NCBI RefSeq assembly: GCF_009834535.1
Contig: NC_045696.1
Coordinates: 73,472,001-73,536,000 of the forward strand
Direction: 5' to 3'
From: Camelus ferus
Lineage: Eukaryota
Length of the DNA: 64,000 nucleotides
Shown: positions 1 through 14,282 of the stretch, piece by piece
How positions within the stretch are numbered: position 1 is the stretch's first letter
How the letters are laid out: the number at the start of each line of letters is the position of its first letter
The notes under the pieces: generated by a model
Database searches by the model: none
The model's input: only the letters and a program-made list of their open reading frames with translations
Told to the model about the DNA's origin: nothing
Program-made: the position numbers and the translations under genes

Positions 1-3000
1 CTAAAATCTACAGACTCACCAAAAGCCACTTTTAAGAGTGAAGTTAATAGCTACACAGGCCTACCTCAAGAAACAAGAAAAATATCAAATAAACAATCTA
101 ACCTACCATCTAAAGAAATTAGAAAAAAAGGAACAAAGCCCAGAGTCAACAGAAGGAAGGAAATAATAAAGATCAGAGCAGAAATAAATACAATAAAGAT
201 CAGAAAAAAAAGTAGAAAAGATCAATGAGACTGAGGGATGTTTTTAAAAAAATATTAATAAAATGGATAAGCCTTTTTAGCCAGGCTCCTTAGCAGGCTC
301 ATTAAGAAAAAAAGAGAGGACCCAAATAAACAAAATTAGAAGCAAAAGAGAAGTTACAACCAGTAGCACAAAAATACAATCATAAGAGAATACTACAAAT
401 ACTATATGCCAACAAACTAGACAACCTCGGAGAAATGGATAAATTCCTAGAAATATACAATCTTCCAAGACTGAATCAGGAATATAGACAATCTGAACAT
501 ATCAATCACTGGTAGTTAAATTGAATTAGTAATCAAAAAACTCCCAAAAAACAAAAGCCCAGAACTGATAGCTTTATAGGAGAATTCTACCAAACATATA
601 AAGAGTTAATATCTATCCTTTTCAAACTATCCCAAAAAATTAAAGAGGAGGGAACACTTCCAAACTCATTCTATGAGGCCACCATTACCTTTTTTGATAC
701 CAAAATCAAAGACACTACAGTAAAAGAAAATCATAGGCCAATATCTCTGATGAATATAGATGCAAAAATCCTCAACAAAGTATTAGCAAACCAAATTCAA
801 TAATACATCAAAAAAATCATACACCATGATCCAGTGGGATTTATTCCAGGGATGTAAAAATGTTTCAATATCTACAAATAAATTGATGTGATACACCACA
901 TTAACAAAATGAAGGACAAAAATCACATGATCGTCTCAATAAACATAGAAAAAGCATTTGACAAAATTCAACATCCATTCATGACAAAAACTCTCAGTAA
1001 AGTTGGTACAGAGGGAATATATCTCAATGTTAATAAAAGCCATTTATGACAAACCCACAGCTAACATCATACTCAACAGTGAAAAGCTGAAAGCTTTTCT
1101 TCTAAGATCTGGAACAAGACAAGGATGTCCACTCTCACCATTTCTATTTAACACAATATTGAAAGTCACAGCAATCAGACAAGAGGAACAAAAGGCATCC
1201 AAATTGTAAAGGAAGAAGTAAAACTGTCATATTTGCAGATGACATGATACTGTATCTAGAAAATCTTAAAGTCTCCACCAAAAAACTATTAGAACCAACA
1301 AATAAATTCAGTAAAGCTGTAGGATACAAGATTAATATACAGAAATCTGTTATAATTAACTATCAGAAAGAGAATTCAAGAAAATCCATTTATAATTGCA
1401 TCAAAAAGAATAAAATACCTAGGAATAAATCTAAGGAGGTCAAAGACCTGGGAACTACAAGACACTGATGAAGGGAATTGAAGACAATAGAGATAAATGG
1501 AAAGACAGCCCATATTCATAGCTTGAATAATATTTTTCAAATATTCATGCTACCCAAAGCCATCTACAGATTTAATGATGTCACTATCAAAATACCCATG
1601 ATATTTTTCACAGAACTAGAACAAATAATCCTAAAATCTGTATGGAACCACAAAAGTGAATAGCCAAAGCAATCTTGAGAATAAAGAACAAAGCCAGAGA
1701 TATTATGTTGCCTGACTTCAGACTATACTATAAAGCTACCATAATCTAAATAATACAGTACTGGCACAAAAACAAACAAATCAATGAAACAGGATAGAAA
1801 GTCCAGAAGTATACACGTGGCCACACACTCATGATCAATTAATTTATGACAGAGGAGGCAAGAATATACAATGGATAAAAGACAGTCTCTTCAATAAGTG
1901 GTGTTGGAAAAACTGGACAGTGACATGTAAAAGAATGAAATTAGAACATTGCCTAACACCATATACAAAAATAAACTTAAAATGGATTAAGACCTGGAAA
2001 CCCCAAAAACTCCTAGAAGCAAACATAGGCAGTACACTCTTACATGTCTGACCAATATTTTTTGGATCTTCTCCTCAGGCAAGAAGCAAAAATAAACCAA
2101 TGGGACCTAATTAATCTTAAAAGCTTTTGCACATAGAAGGAAACCATCAACAAAATGAAAAGGCAATGTACTGAATGGAAGATATTTTCAAATGGTATGT
2201 CTGTTAAGGACTTAATATCCAAAATATATAAAGAACATATATAAGGCAATATCAAGAAACAAACAACCTAATCAAATAATTGGCAGAAGACCTGAACAGG
2301 CATTTTTCTAAAGACATACAGATGGCCAACAGGTACATAAAAAGAATCTCAACATCACTAATGATCACAGAAATCTAAATCAAAACCACAATTAGGTATT
2401 ACCTCACACCTGTCAGAATGGCTATTATAAAAAAAGACAACAAATAATAAGTGTTGGAGAGGGTGTGGAGAAAAGGAAACCCAAGTACACTGTTGGTGGG
2501 AATGTAAGTTGGAATAGCCATTATAGAAAACATTATGGAGTCTCCTCAAAAAATTAAAAACAAATCTACCATATTATCCAGCAATTACTGTCCTGGGTAT
2601 ATATATACAAAGAAAATAAAAACACTAAATCGAAAAGACATATGGACCCCAATATTCATAGCAGCATTACTTATAATAGCCAAGATATGAAAATAACCTA
2701 AGTGTCCATCAACAAATAAATGGATAAAGAAGATGTACATATATACACAACAGAATATTACTCAGCCATAAAAACAATGAAATTTGCCATTTGCAACAAC
2801 ATGGATGGACCTGGAGGGTATTACACTTAATGATATAAGTCAAACAGAGAAAGACAAATACTGTATGTTTTCACTTATATGTGAAATCTAAAAAATAAAA
2901 CAAATGGATGAATATAACAAAACAGAAACTGGCTCACAGATACAGAGAACAAACTAGTAATTACCAGTGGGTGGGGGGGGGCAAGATAGGGGAAGAGGAT

Positions 3001-3183
3001 TAAGAGGCACAAACTACTAGGTATAAAATAAATAAGATATAAGGATTAAAGTATAACACAGGGAATATAGTCAATATTTTATAATAACTTTATATGGAGT
3101 ATAATCTATAAAAATATCAAATTACTATGTTGTATACCTGAAACCAATATAAGTCAATTATACTTCAATAAAAATAATAATAA
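1..3183 (+). mobile_element. LINE-1, ORF2 through 3' UTR/polyA, degenerate; begins before the window
   Basis: ORF2 peptides ([33 protein letters not shown] motif FADDMILY at ~1232-1255; [10 protein letters not shown]). Typical 3' UTR ending GTCAATTATACTTCAATAAAAATAATAA. Many stops and frameshifts. Confidence 0.97.
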
Positions 3184-4477
3184 TCAACATTTCCTGTTGC
3201 TATCAGCAGTAGCCTAAGCTTATTTTTTCTGATCAAGATATCTCAATTCCAAAAGTTGCTCAATTTTTTGTTTGCCTGTTTGAAAAAGGATGGAATATGG
3301 AAGAGAATCTTGATTCCCTTCTATACCACTGAAATCTGAATTACTTTACCTCACTTACAGGCAAGTCCAACCTCCTCAGAAGCTTACCAGGAGGACAATA
3401 TTGGTTTGACCACCTGAAGCTCAAGGGTAGCAGAAAGATCAAAAGCTACCCTGTCAATTCAGGAGGAATTAAGGCAAAACAGAGAGAAGCCTAGAGGCCT
3501 TCTTCTCTACTTAGTAATTCCTTTGGCTCCAATAACACACAGGGATCCAAACTCACTCTTTAGGCATTTCAGACTCACTCTTTTGAAGACCCTCTGTCAG
3601 TGCACACAATGTGGGGGGTGAGCCTATAGCACTATACCTGCTACTTGGCCTTGCCCTTGCTTTCCAGGTTATCTGATGTCAAATCCATGTTTTCAAGTTT
3701 TACTGTGCCCAGCCTTTGTTTATGTTCGGTTTGTTTTGCTTACTTTTTAATTATTAACTTCTTATTTTGTTTTGTTTATGAGACCAAAAGTAAAGCCCTT
3801 CACCACTGTTCTTTCCTTTAGGTCTGGAGGAGCTGACAAAGGTTGTGTTGCAACAATGCTCTGAGGAAGGAGCTGGGGCAGAGATAGTGACTCTCACAGT
3901 TTAGGCATTCTTACTTAGACATGGGTCATTTGCAAAGTCTTGATAGTGACCTTAGTAATGCAAGGTGTTAAGGTATTTTCTGGCTGTTTAAAAAGGTAAT
4001 CTATTGTTATTTTTTTAATTTTAAATAAACATTGATTATTTCATTTTCCATTTGTAATTGTGTACTCATATTCTTAAAGAGGTACTCCTTAATTACAAAA
4101 GATTTTGGTGCACCCCTGAGCTGGGGAGAAGGACATAGGCATAAAGAGAGGCAAGCCAAGTCTAGCCCCTTCAAAGCTCTAGGAGGAGAAACCAGAGGCA
4201 CACTGCTACCTGGGGAAAAGCTAGAAACATCAGATTGTTGGATAATTTAGCAAGTTACAAGAGTAACCTGACATATGGTATGTAGCTTAGAGGGAAGGAA
4301 GAGATATTTGAAGGAAGAGACATTGGGGTTCAAGGCATAGTTCATTGATTAATGAGTAAGCTAAATATGGTGGGCTGTTTTGAACTGTTTCTATACTTGC
4401 TTGGATTTAGAATGACAGTTCTTAAATGTTACTTTCAAGATGGGAAGTTGTCCACATCATCTCAGAAGTTAACATAG

Positions 4478-4715
4478 CTCAGTGTTAAGAGGACAGATTT
4501 TAGAGCCACACCAACTTGGCCACCAGCCAACTATAAGACTTGGGATATCTGTTGAAAATCTCTTCTGCCTGTTTCCTGATCTACAAAATGGGATAATACT
4601 GGCACCTACCATTTACGCTCAGTAAGAGGATTAAACTTACAATAAACTATATAGAGCACTTCTCACAGTGAGCACAACTCACTAGCACAAAAGTGTCCAA
4701 AAAATGTGAGCTCTT
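4478..4715 (+). mobile_element. MIR SINE
   Basis: Core CCTGTTTCCTGATCTACAAAATGGGATAATACTGGCACCTACC...GAGGATTAAA. Confidence 0.75.
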
Positions 4716-6609
4716 TTAATCATTCCCCAAGTCTCCTCCTCTACCAATCACTGCTACTATCCCCAGCTATCTCTATGGTGCTCTCATTTTCTAAGTTTTT
4801 GCTTTTGTGTTTTCTTTTAAACAGCAGTGTTAATGATTTTCAAATTAATATATCCTGCTTATATTAAATGTGGAAAAAAGTATAAAGTTAAGGTAACTTA
4901 AATATCTCCCCAGAACATTCATTCAAGCTGCACATCTTAAGCATCAGGTACTGTCATGGGCTCTGGCACTTCTAAGTCTTACCTTTTCCCTGGTCCATTT
5001 CTCTGTCCTATTCAGTTTGCTTAAAAGGAGTACTGTTAACACTTTTTAAAGTCTACTCAATCAAGTAACTAAGGCTAATTCTGCAATTAAGTAAAGTTCA
5101 ACTTTTTTACCTATTGCTCTAATTTAATTAACTACAGTAGTACTAATACTTAGTCCTAATCATAATACTAAGAGCTGTTTTGTTCTATGTGGTACACAAA
5201 GTTCTTTCATCCAGTTCACACTATAACCTTGTGTAGGGACATAGGAAAAGCATCAACATCTGCAGCTTACTGAAGCTTATAAAGCCTAAGGAGGATGCCC
5301 AAGGGAAATAAAGAGATTTGGATCAGATCACAGAGCTAGGATGCAAAGGGTGTGAGACTCATATCCTGGTGAGCACAGGAGTGGTGACCTCAACATTGGA
5401 CTCTGCATGTCAGTTTTTTATAGCCATCTGAAACTTGCTCTTAGTGTTTTAAATGGTATGACCTCTGCCCATTGGAGGCTAGAGAAGTCAGAATGGCCCC
5501 TTCAGCTCCCATTTCCAATCAAAAAAGTGTTCTAAACCTACTCTCAGACTCAAGTTCTCAGATGAGCCACTGAGGTGAATCCTAGGAAAAGCCCACTTAG
5601 AATCCTTTAACACGGCCGTAGAGACAGTCCCGCAGACAGACATGAGGATGACAACAATCATCTGCTGACAGCTCTTTCTCAAAGCATCCATCAGGATTCT
5701 TTTTCAATATGTTTAATTTAAAAATTAACAACATCTACTAGCAATGTCTTTCCTTGTACAATAGGGAGAAAAGTAAACTAAGATTAGCAACAGGTTAGGG
5801 AAAAAGAGAGACATGTTTGCTGTTCTGAGCAAACCATCACTTGTTTTTGTGAAAAGTGAAAGCTTTTAATAATTTACCATGTATTTATTTTCCTATACTG
5901 AGTTTTAAAAATAGTGGGTCACTAGTTACAATAAACAATGCTTATAATCCTCTGAAATGAAAGAATATGTCTAAGAGAAAGAAAGAAAAAGGAGGGAGAG
6001 AGTTTAGTGAATTATTCAGCCACCTTTCCTCATTAACACTGGAATGTTTTTAACCAATTAACAAGCAATTACATTCCCATCAACTGAGGTGTCCAAGGGA
6101 AGAGCCATCTAATGTTTTTGTTAAATTAACCCTACATGCTCTGAGCCAATGTCAACTGAGAAGCATAAGGAATAACATTTTTTTAAAACTTCGGAAACAT
6201 TTTACAGATTGACTTCTCTGAGCTTCAAATGAAATCTAGAGTAAAGGATAGAGGGTAGAAAGGGCAGGTTAAATTCAAAGAAAGATATGAAGCCAAAGGT
6301 TGCTATGGGTATTGTGAAAGTAGCTCGGAGTAAGATCCAACAAATTCTCCAAAAAAATGTGACAGAATTAGTTTGCAATTTCTTCAGGAAATTCCTTTAA
6401 CTCTTTTACAGAGTTCTGCAATTTTACCTATTTGTACCTAGGAATAAGATTGTCAGAACATTTTGTGCTGACGTATACAGCAATTTTATTCACTACAGGC
6501 TCTGGGTAATTTCAGATCTCAAATACATTTTGTAAGAAGTTCAGGAAATACAGAAGAAAATTTGTCACTGGTTCCTAGAGGATCAGATATCTTATCCCTT
6601 GTCCAAACT

Positions 6610-6830
6610 AACTCCTTTGTTTACTTATCAAACATGTTTAAATGCTTACCATGTACCAGGTACAGTTCCAGATGCTTTAAAAATATTAACTCATTTAATC
6701 CTTACAACAACCCTCTGAGGCAGGTGCAGAGAGGCACAGAGAGGTTAATTTGCCTGAAACTGTAATCCTGGTATCCAAACCCAGGCCATTAGGCTCCAGC
6801 ACCATGTGCCTAACCACTACTCTAGCTCAA
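6610..6830 (-). mobile_element. MIR SINE
   Basis: Antisense core ATTAACTCATTTAATCCTTACAACAACCCTCTGAGG...GAGGCACAGAGAGGTTAA. Confidence 0.75.
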
Positions 6831-9249
6831 GCTACTTGAATGAAGAAAGGAACACTTTAGTGAAAAATGAAGACATGAATGAATGCCTTACCAGGAAATT
6901 TACTACATCATTTATCCCCTTCCTCTCCACCAGTGCTTTGCATTATGTCCACAAACAGTGAGGTTTTTTTCTTTCAAAAGACAACCATTCAAGCTGTCAT
7001 TCTCTTGTTAGATTTCTTGAAGGAAAGTCCACACTCTGCGTTTCCACTCTGCTACCAACTATTTGTTCCATAGCTTCATGCAATCTGGTCCCCCATCCCA
7101 CTTCTCTATTTAACACTGAATCTCCTTGAAGGATTGAACTAAACTGCCTTACTCAATGGCCTGTTTCTCAGGCTCATCCATCTCTGTCTCCCAGTTCCTT
7201 CCTTGACCCTTCTTTCTCTTGGTTCCTCTTAGCCTCGTCCTTCATCTTTCTTTTGCATGTATTACTCTGCTTCTTTGCTGGCTGACACGCCTCAAGATCC
7301 AGCCTTGGTATGACTCTTACTCTCTTTCTCTCTCCCTCCTTCCACACATTATTTTTTTAAACATTCTCACATCCTCCAATGGCTTCTATTCTTTACACTA
7401 GTTTCTGGAATCTGGCTGGCCACAGAACCTAAGTTGTCAGCATCTGGAAAGTGGGTCCAGTCTCTTTGGGGATAAAGTCACATTAACCAATCTCACAAGA
7501 CCAATAACAAAGTACTCATTTCTAATGAAAAGTAGTCAAATGGACATCAATCCAGAGTATTACATAGGAAGCTAAATTATGATCAATATCCCAGTTTGTT
7601 CATTTAGAACAAGCAGTATTATTACAAAAAAGAATAACCACTGGAGTTCTCTAGTAAATGCATTTTTCCCCAAGGACATTACAGGTGGGAAGCTAAATTA
7701 TAATCAGAAGACTACTAGGTCAGCATGGACAAAGAATAAGGGAAATAATTACATGATTCAAATGTTTAATGGCATCACACTGGTATTCACAGGTGTATTG
7801 AGCTCTACAATAGGGCAGTAGCTGCCAACGGGACCCAGCAAGGAGAATAATTAGTAAAGACATCATCTCCCCTGAATAAATGAGTCAATCTTGAACAACA
7901 GTCTTGAGATCATTTATATTTACCATTACATTATAGTTATTTGTTGAAATCTTGTCCCCTTTGCAAGATTTGAGCAGCAAGATGGCATTGGCCACATGTG
8001 TTCATTACTGTATCTTTACCGTTAAGCAAAGTGTCTCGCACTTAGTAGACAGAAGGCAATAAATGTTTAATAAAATTAAAGTCATTCAGACATGTATAAG
8101 TATAAATAAAGCAGATTCCAAAGCTGGCTTCCACGTGGGTTATCCAGAAAGTCCTACTGTGTGTTTTGTTTTTTGTTTTTTTGTTTTTTTTGCTTTTCAA
8201 AGTTTATTAAGTCAAATACACAGAATGCCTTGACTGCAAATGTTTACATTTGGCTTATATATTTGAAAATCGTTAAATAGTAGACCACACAGTTTTCATT
8301 TTGTCTGTCTTATTTATATAAACTTCAACTGCTTATTTCTCCTACCCAGTGACTAAACCCCAATCCCACCCCCACCCCTTTATCTTTGATGTTTCTCATT
8401 CTCAGCAGGTGGAGGATGTGCTGGCAAAAAGAGGAAAGAACAGATTCTGTGTGCCTATGTGGGCTAACCCAGGGCACTCACGGGGTTAAAAGCACTGCAG
8501 TAATATTAAGCACATGTTTCAAGTCAGCAGGGTGCCAGCCTGAGATGTCCTCAAAGCCTAATTTGATAGATATTATGCCATACAGTGCTGCAAGTAGTAA
8601 TGAAGAAAGTAAAAATTTTATGGATGAGCAAAATAGGAGCTCTTATGGATGGAGTGTTTTTAAATCAGGTGTATAATTTACCCAGTGTCAGACCACATGT
8701 AGAGTGCATTACTCAATTGAACTTACAAGCAGATAGGAAAGCAGTTTCTTTTAATAAGCACTTCTTCAACTTATTGGCTCTACAATTACTTGCACCAAAT
8801 TACCAGCAGCTGCTGCCTGTTTGGTATTTTATCCTAGACAAGGAGTTACATTAGTTTCTAATCAACAAGCCATTCAAGGACTCTTTATAATTTTTAGCTT
8901 AATTCCACTTTTATTTGGAATTTATTAATTGAAATATCCAATATTTTCATGACAGTATTTTGCTTAGCTTCCCTTAACAGGAAACCTATTCAACTGCTGA
9001 AGTGAAAGGGGAAAGGGAGGGAAGATCCCCCAAACTTACTTCTGAGATTTATAACATTATATGAACTCCATTGGACTCGTGTTGCCTTAGAGTCTGAATT
9101 GTGACATTTTAATTGCTTTTGTAAGGATAATAATACCATATTTAAACTTTTTAATGTTTGCAGTCAATAAACCGTTTTGTCTCTAAACAGCATATCCCCA
9201 TGCACAGGAGTTAACTGCACGTTTAAACATTAACCAATTCATTTTAATT

Positions 9250-9450
9250 CAGGTCTTCTCAACCTCGGCACTACTGACATCTTGAGCTGGCTAACTCTTT
9301 ACTGGAGGAATGTCCTGAACATTGTAGGACGTTCAGGCAAAATCCTTGTCCTCTACCTACTAGATGCCGGTGGCATCTCCCCACCTCCAATCCCCCGCCA
9401 AGCTGTGACAACTCCAAATGCCTACAAATATTGTCAAATCACCCTCAGAT
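9250..9450. mobile_element. MER20-like hAT DNA transposon fossil
   Basis: TTCTCAACCTCGGCACTACTGACAT...GTCCTGAACATTGTAGGACGTTC...CTCTACCTACTAGATGCCGGTGGCA...TGTGACAAC. Confidence 0.8.
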
Positions 9451-10304
9451 GATTTAATTTAACAGGTTTGAAGAAATTAAAGGGAAAAGGGCTTCAGAAA
9501 CAGTTGTAAGAGGAAAGGACATTTTTAATTCATTTGTTACTTTTCAAAGTAATCTTATAAAGATTGTGCTTATGTGTGCACTAGTCCATATTTGCCTGCT
9601 TTATGAGGAACTATAAAATGAGTTTATGAAGGAATTTAATTCTACAAAATGCAATTATTTAAATATTACCCTATTTTGAAGCTGCTTTCAGATCCAAAGG
9701 CAAAAGGAAACCAAAAAGAAAAAGAAAAAAGAAACACAAACTGCTTACAGCTAAGTAAAATAAGTATTTGAATAATTACTCTCACTGTAGAAAGAAAGAC
9801 CTGTGGACTAATTTTGGACAAATGTGGTTATATTTTTATGTCACTAGAGCCAAGAAATCTAATCTGAAACATAATTCATTTTTTGAAATTATATTAAACA
9901 TTACCGCCAGCTTTAAATTACAAGTTAGAAAAATATGAACATGTAAATGTTAATGACTAATGACAAATCTTAAAAATGCCAAGTCCAGTTCAAGATTTTT
10001 CTCATGGGGCTTTCATATCCAGTTGTTTTTTTAAAGACCGGAATCAAAATTGGTAATGTCGAGAACAACTAGAGTACCGTATACACACTGTAGAACAGCA
10101 AAAGTGAAAAAATTAAATTGCCACCACAAAGTCTCCTTCACTAGAACTTACCGTCTACTGTCTTCCATCTAGTCATTCATTGAAAGATCCAAATAACATC
10201 CATTTAAAGGTGGTTCTTTCTTAGTATAATATAAAACCTTAGGCTCCAGACTTGAGCCTACCATGGTGCTTCCCCAGCTTCATCCTCGTCAAACACCCTC
10301 CACA

Positions 10305-10460
10305 ACAAGCTTCTCAAACTTTAAGGTATCTATAGATCACCTGGGCATCTTGTCAAACTGGATTCTAATTGAGTAGGTCTGGGGCTTTAGGAAGCCTGTT
10401 CTAACAAGCTCCCAGGTGATGCCAATGCTGCTAGTCCGTGGACTACACTTTGAAGAGCAA
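10305..10460. mobile_element. MER5A-like hAT fossil
   Basis: CTTCTCAAACTTTAA...ATCACCTGGG...GTAGGTCTGGGG...TCTAACAAGCTCCCAGGTGATGCCAATGCTGCT...GACTACACTTTGA. Confidence 0.85.
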
Positions 10461-11432
10461 GGATTCATTAACAACATCCCCACCAACTGATCAAGTCTGA
10501 TCTTGAACATTCTTAGGGGGCCAATGACAGAGAAAACCCTAACTCCCCAGAAAATAATACAACATTTGTATAACTAGTAAAATCTTTATTTTCAGATTCT
10601 TTCTGCAAATAGTGCCTAATCTGTGAGAAACTAGCAACTCGCTTTAAAAAGTTTTTACACAATTAAGCAAAACTACTGAATAAAAATTGCTAAATCCCAA
10701 CCTATTGAAGTCAATTCAAACTGGATTCCTTTTTACTAATAGTTTATGAAATTCAAAAATAAATAATTGGATCTTCCTATAAACCATGATTTCCGTGATA
10801 GTCTAGGGATATGTTCCCTTCTTACCACTGTGTCTACATGACTCCACTTAAATTCTGAAAAACAGAGAACCATCCTGCCTCTACACGGACTCTGCAGCTA
10901 TAGCCCAGCCCCTTTGAAAAACTGTAAGATTTTTCAGACAGCTTTGGTGTATTTTGACCATGCTGATGGAAATATGTCATGGGTCTGTTATTTTACAAGG
11001 AAATAAGGGGAATGACATTTAGTTAATGGATCCACTCCTTTTACCTGAGACAAGAAACATCCTCCCATCACCTAAAAATTCCCAAGAATTTTCAGTTTCC
11101 AGAAGACTCAGATGCCATGACCCTAGAGCCAGGCCTATAAAAGCACCATTAATTCTTGATTGTAGTTTGCAGATAATCCAAGTCCTCTCTTTTTCACTGG
11201 TGATTTTGCTTCAGCATATTTCATGGCTATCTTAGTCCTCTAGTCAGTAAAGAGAAGTGAAACTCGGTAGTTTCAAATAATGAGTTAAAACCAAGAGCTA
11301 ATTTGTGATACTGATGTTGTTTAATAATTTTGTGATCAATTCAGTTATTCAAAATATTAACAACAGGAAATGCTTGGGCTTTAAGCAATCAGAAGAGAAG
11401 CCTCCCAATCAGAATGGATACTACAGCCATAC

Positions 11433-11745
11433 TTTTTTTTTCTTTTTTTTTTTGCTGGTTCTTAAAAGTTATTTACTCAAAGCAGCAGCAGAAGGACTGT
11501 CTCACCCCCTGCCAAAGTGATGCAGCTCCAGCCTTCCCTCCTCCCAGGAACTGCCTGCAGGGAAGGACTACTTCAGTCTCTTAAGCCAGCTGGGTACTGG
11601 AGGGCTTAGTACTTTTAGTCCACTTTTAGTCTCTGGCCCCATCTGATACACAGGTCAGGCAGCAGGGGCCTGGCAGAAAGATACTGGCCCACATATTGGC
11701 CTGCCTTTGAACAGCAGGAAGACATATCCCTATGGACAGTGTAGT
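11433..11745 (-). pseudogene. Candidate retroposed mRNA 3' fragment, source gene unidentified
   Basis: On the minus strand, a GC-elevated segment I do not recognise as a TE ends in an AGTAAA polyA signal, ~18 nt of spacer and a ~21-nt A tract (T-run 11433-11453). No clean TSD; 5' boundary uncertain. Confidence 0.45.
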
Positions 11746-12199
11746 CCCATAGAGCAGTTTTATCATGGGTAGATTTAGACTGGGAAAGACTTTTACACAG
11801 AATAGGGATAAATGTAAGGTTTCCTCCAGAGTGAAGTTCCTTGGGAATAAACATTGATGTCAATCATATTTAACACATTTATAAATGTTCACAAAGCCTA
11901 AATTTATTCAGTGTGAAAACTCCACACTTGTAGCTATGAAAAAAGGTAATATATAGGTATGAAAATCTTACCAATTTGTACAAGTGGCTAGAAAAGTAAT
12001 AGACTTCAACTTAGTAAGTATAAGGTAACATATTTTATGATAAATGACATAGGTATAAAATGAACAACTCTGAACTATCAGCTGTAGGCAGAGAAAGTAC
12101 ATGCCTAGACATCACTATTAATTCTCTGAGGATACTGACTAAATCATCTGTTGGGGTTGAAAAGTGAAGAAAATATAAATGCATCAATAAGAATACTAA

Positions 12200-12375
12200 A
12201 CACTTACATGTGGAATCTAAAAGAAAAACAAAGCAAACAAACAAACAAACAAACAAAAAACAAAAACACAGATTCACAGATGCAGAGAACAAATGAGTGG
12301 TTGCCAAAAAGTTAAGGTTGCTAAATAGGTGAAGGAGATTAAGAGGTACAAACCTCCAGTTACATAAAAAGGCAT
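12200..12375 (+). mobile_element. L1 3' UTR fragment
   Basis: CACTTACATGTGGAATCTAAAA...CACAGATGCAGAGAACAAATGAGTGGTTGCCA...GGAGATTAAGAGGTACAAACCTCCAGTTA. Confidence 0.85.
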
Positions 12376-12474
12376 GAGGATGGAAGAGGAAGAGGAAGAA
12401 TATGACGACTACAAGAGCTGTTAGAAACCCACCTGAAATTAACATTCTATAAAATTAATTGCCTATACTTTTGG

Positions 12475-12790
12475 AATGCCATGTGAATTATGGTCATCAA
12501 TATCAAAAAGGTTAATAATGAAGCCAGAGAAGGCACAAGCAACAGAGGAAATAGCAACTAATATGTTAGGCTGTTGCTATTTGAGGCATATTGAAACACA
12601 GACCTCTTCAGCCTGGAAAGGCAACAGTTTAATGGGGAACTTGATTAAAATTTATACAATTAACAATGATCTGGGTAATGTGGTCACAGGCTTGTTCCCC
12701 AATAGAATGGTGGAACATCCTTTGAAACTTCAGTAAACTAAGTTTAGGACACTAAAAGGAAGAAGTGAGTAGCAAATTTACAGAATTCAA
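12475..12790 (+). mobile_element. CR1/L3 LINE ORF2 3' fossil
   Basis: CTCTTCAGCCTGGAAAGG...GGGGAACTTGATTAAAATTTATACAATT...CATCCTTTGAAACTT resembles the CR1 LFSLE..GDLI..YKI..GH..KL motif series. Confidence 0.65.
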
Positions 12791-14282
12791 CTTCACCAGC
12801 ATCATTTCCCCTCACCCCCTACCTCCCGCAAGAGTTAACACAGGAAGGAAATACAAAGACTTTAGGTAAGAGTTCATTCTTCTATTCAGTGCTAAGCACA
12901 AGGGTAAAATATGAGGCAATGATAAAGAGTAAAATACATGTGATTTCTGCTCTGTTAAGTTTGGAGTCAACTGGATTAATTGACTAAATGGAGAGGCATA
13001 TATAAATAGTAACTTAAAAGATCACACCAATAATGTAAAATTATAACTGAGATCAAAGCTCTGAAGAAAAGGGACATGGTCCTATGATAGTGTCTGGCAG
13101 TGGGCCTTGACTTAACTGGAACAAGGCCACTGTTTTGGACGTGTGCTGATATCTTAGACATGGGGAGAATTTGAACTAACGGGGTTAAAAAGCAAGAAGT
13201 GGCTACTAAATAAAGTAAGACTATTCTTTAACTTCCAGGGAATACTAAAGCATCCAATTTAACCAATATTCATGCCCACTTCAGTGGAAGGTGCTTAAAG
13301 ACAGACTACTGGAATCTCCAATGACAACAAACACTGAGTGGATGACACAGAAGTCCAACCTCAAAGAAAAATTCTTCTAGCTAGAAATAATGAATTCATT
13401 GGCATCTCTTAAATGGAGCTACCTAGTGAAAATATTCTGAATAACGTGTACTGCTTCCCAGAGTATGGCTAGCGCATTTGAAAGGTGGGAAATTTACAGC
13501 AAATTGAGGGTGGTTAGGTAAGTTGCCCACATCATACAGCATGGAACCAGTGGACTTTCTTCCAAAATTCCTTGAAAATGAAATTAATGAAATTTTATAT
13601 GGCTATCCTAGCACTTTCTAGTTTGATATATATCATAATTAGTTGTGAAATGCCTGCTTGCTACCAAAGTACAAACTGTGGTGGACTGTGTTTTTCACTT
13701 GTGCATCCCTAGCAGAAAGCACAGGGCCATGCTCATAGTGTGCAATCAATAAACGTTTGTTGACATGAAAGACAATAGTTAAGGCTTTAATTTATCTAAC
13801 ACAATTCACTGACTAACAATCATTATCTACTTCATTTGTGTTCGTGAACACTGACATTTAAGGATGTTCTGTTGATATATACACCAGGACCCTCCCAAAC
13901 AGGAACACAGCCCTGCTCTCAAGTTTGACAGGGCTGTCTTTACCATCTGATGCCCTCAATCCCAGAAAATCCTCCTTCTTGCCAAACATAGTCATTACAT
14001 CCAAGTGCACATTTTGGGGCTTGACTTTGAAGTTCAACAAAAGCCATTTTGGTTCCTTTATTTCTATTTTCTCTCTAAAGAAACCATTCTGCAGTTTGCA
14101 AAATTCTACTCAGATTCATGACTGCTATCCTGATTGCCAAACTTGCACATCCTTATCACATACTACTCTGTGACAAGCTGGGAAACTGTTGTGAGAATTT
14201 TTTTCTGAAAGCTAGAGCTTTCAAAATTTACACTGTGTGTACATATAATACGTTGTTATGCATGTGAAATCTAGTGTCTATA

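Noticed and set aside
3340..3900. Plus-strand acceptor-like sites at ~3360 and ~3821 with short open frames
   Set aside because: No convincing donors and no recognisable peptides.
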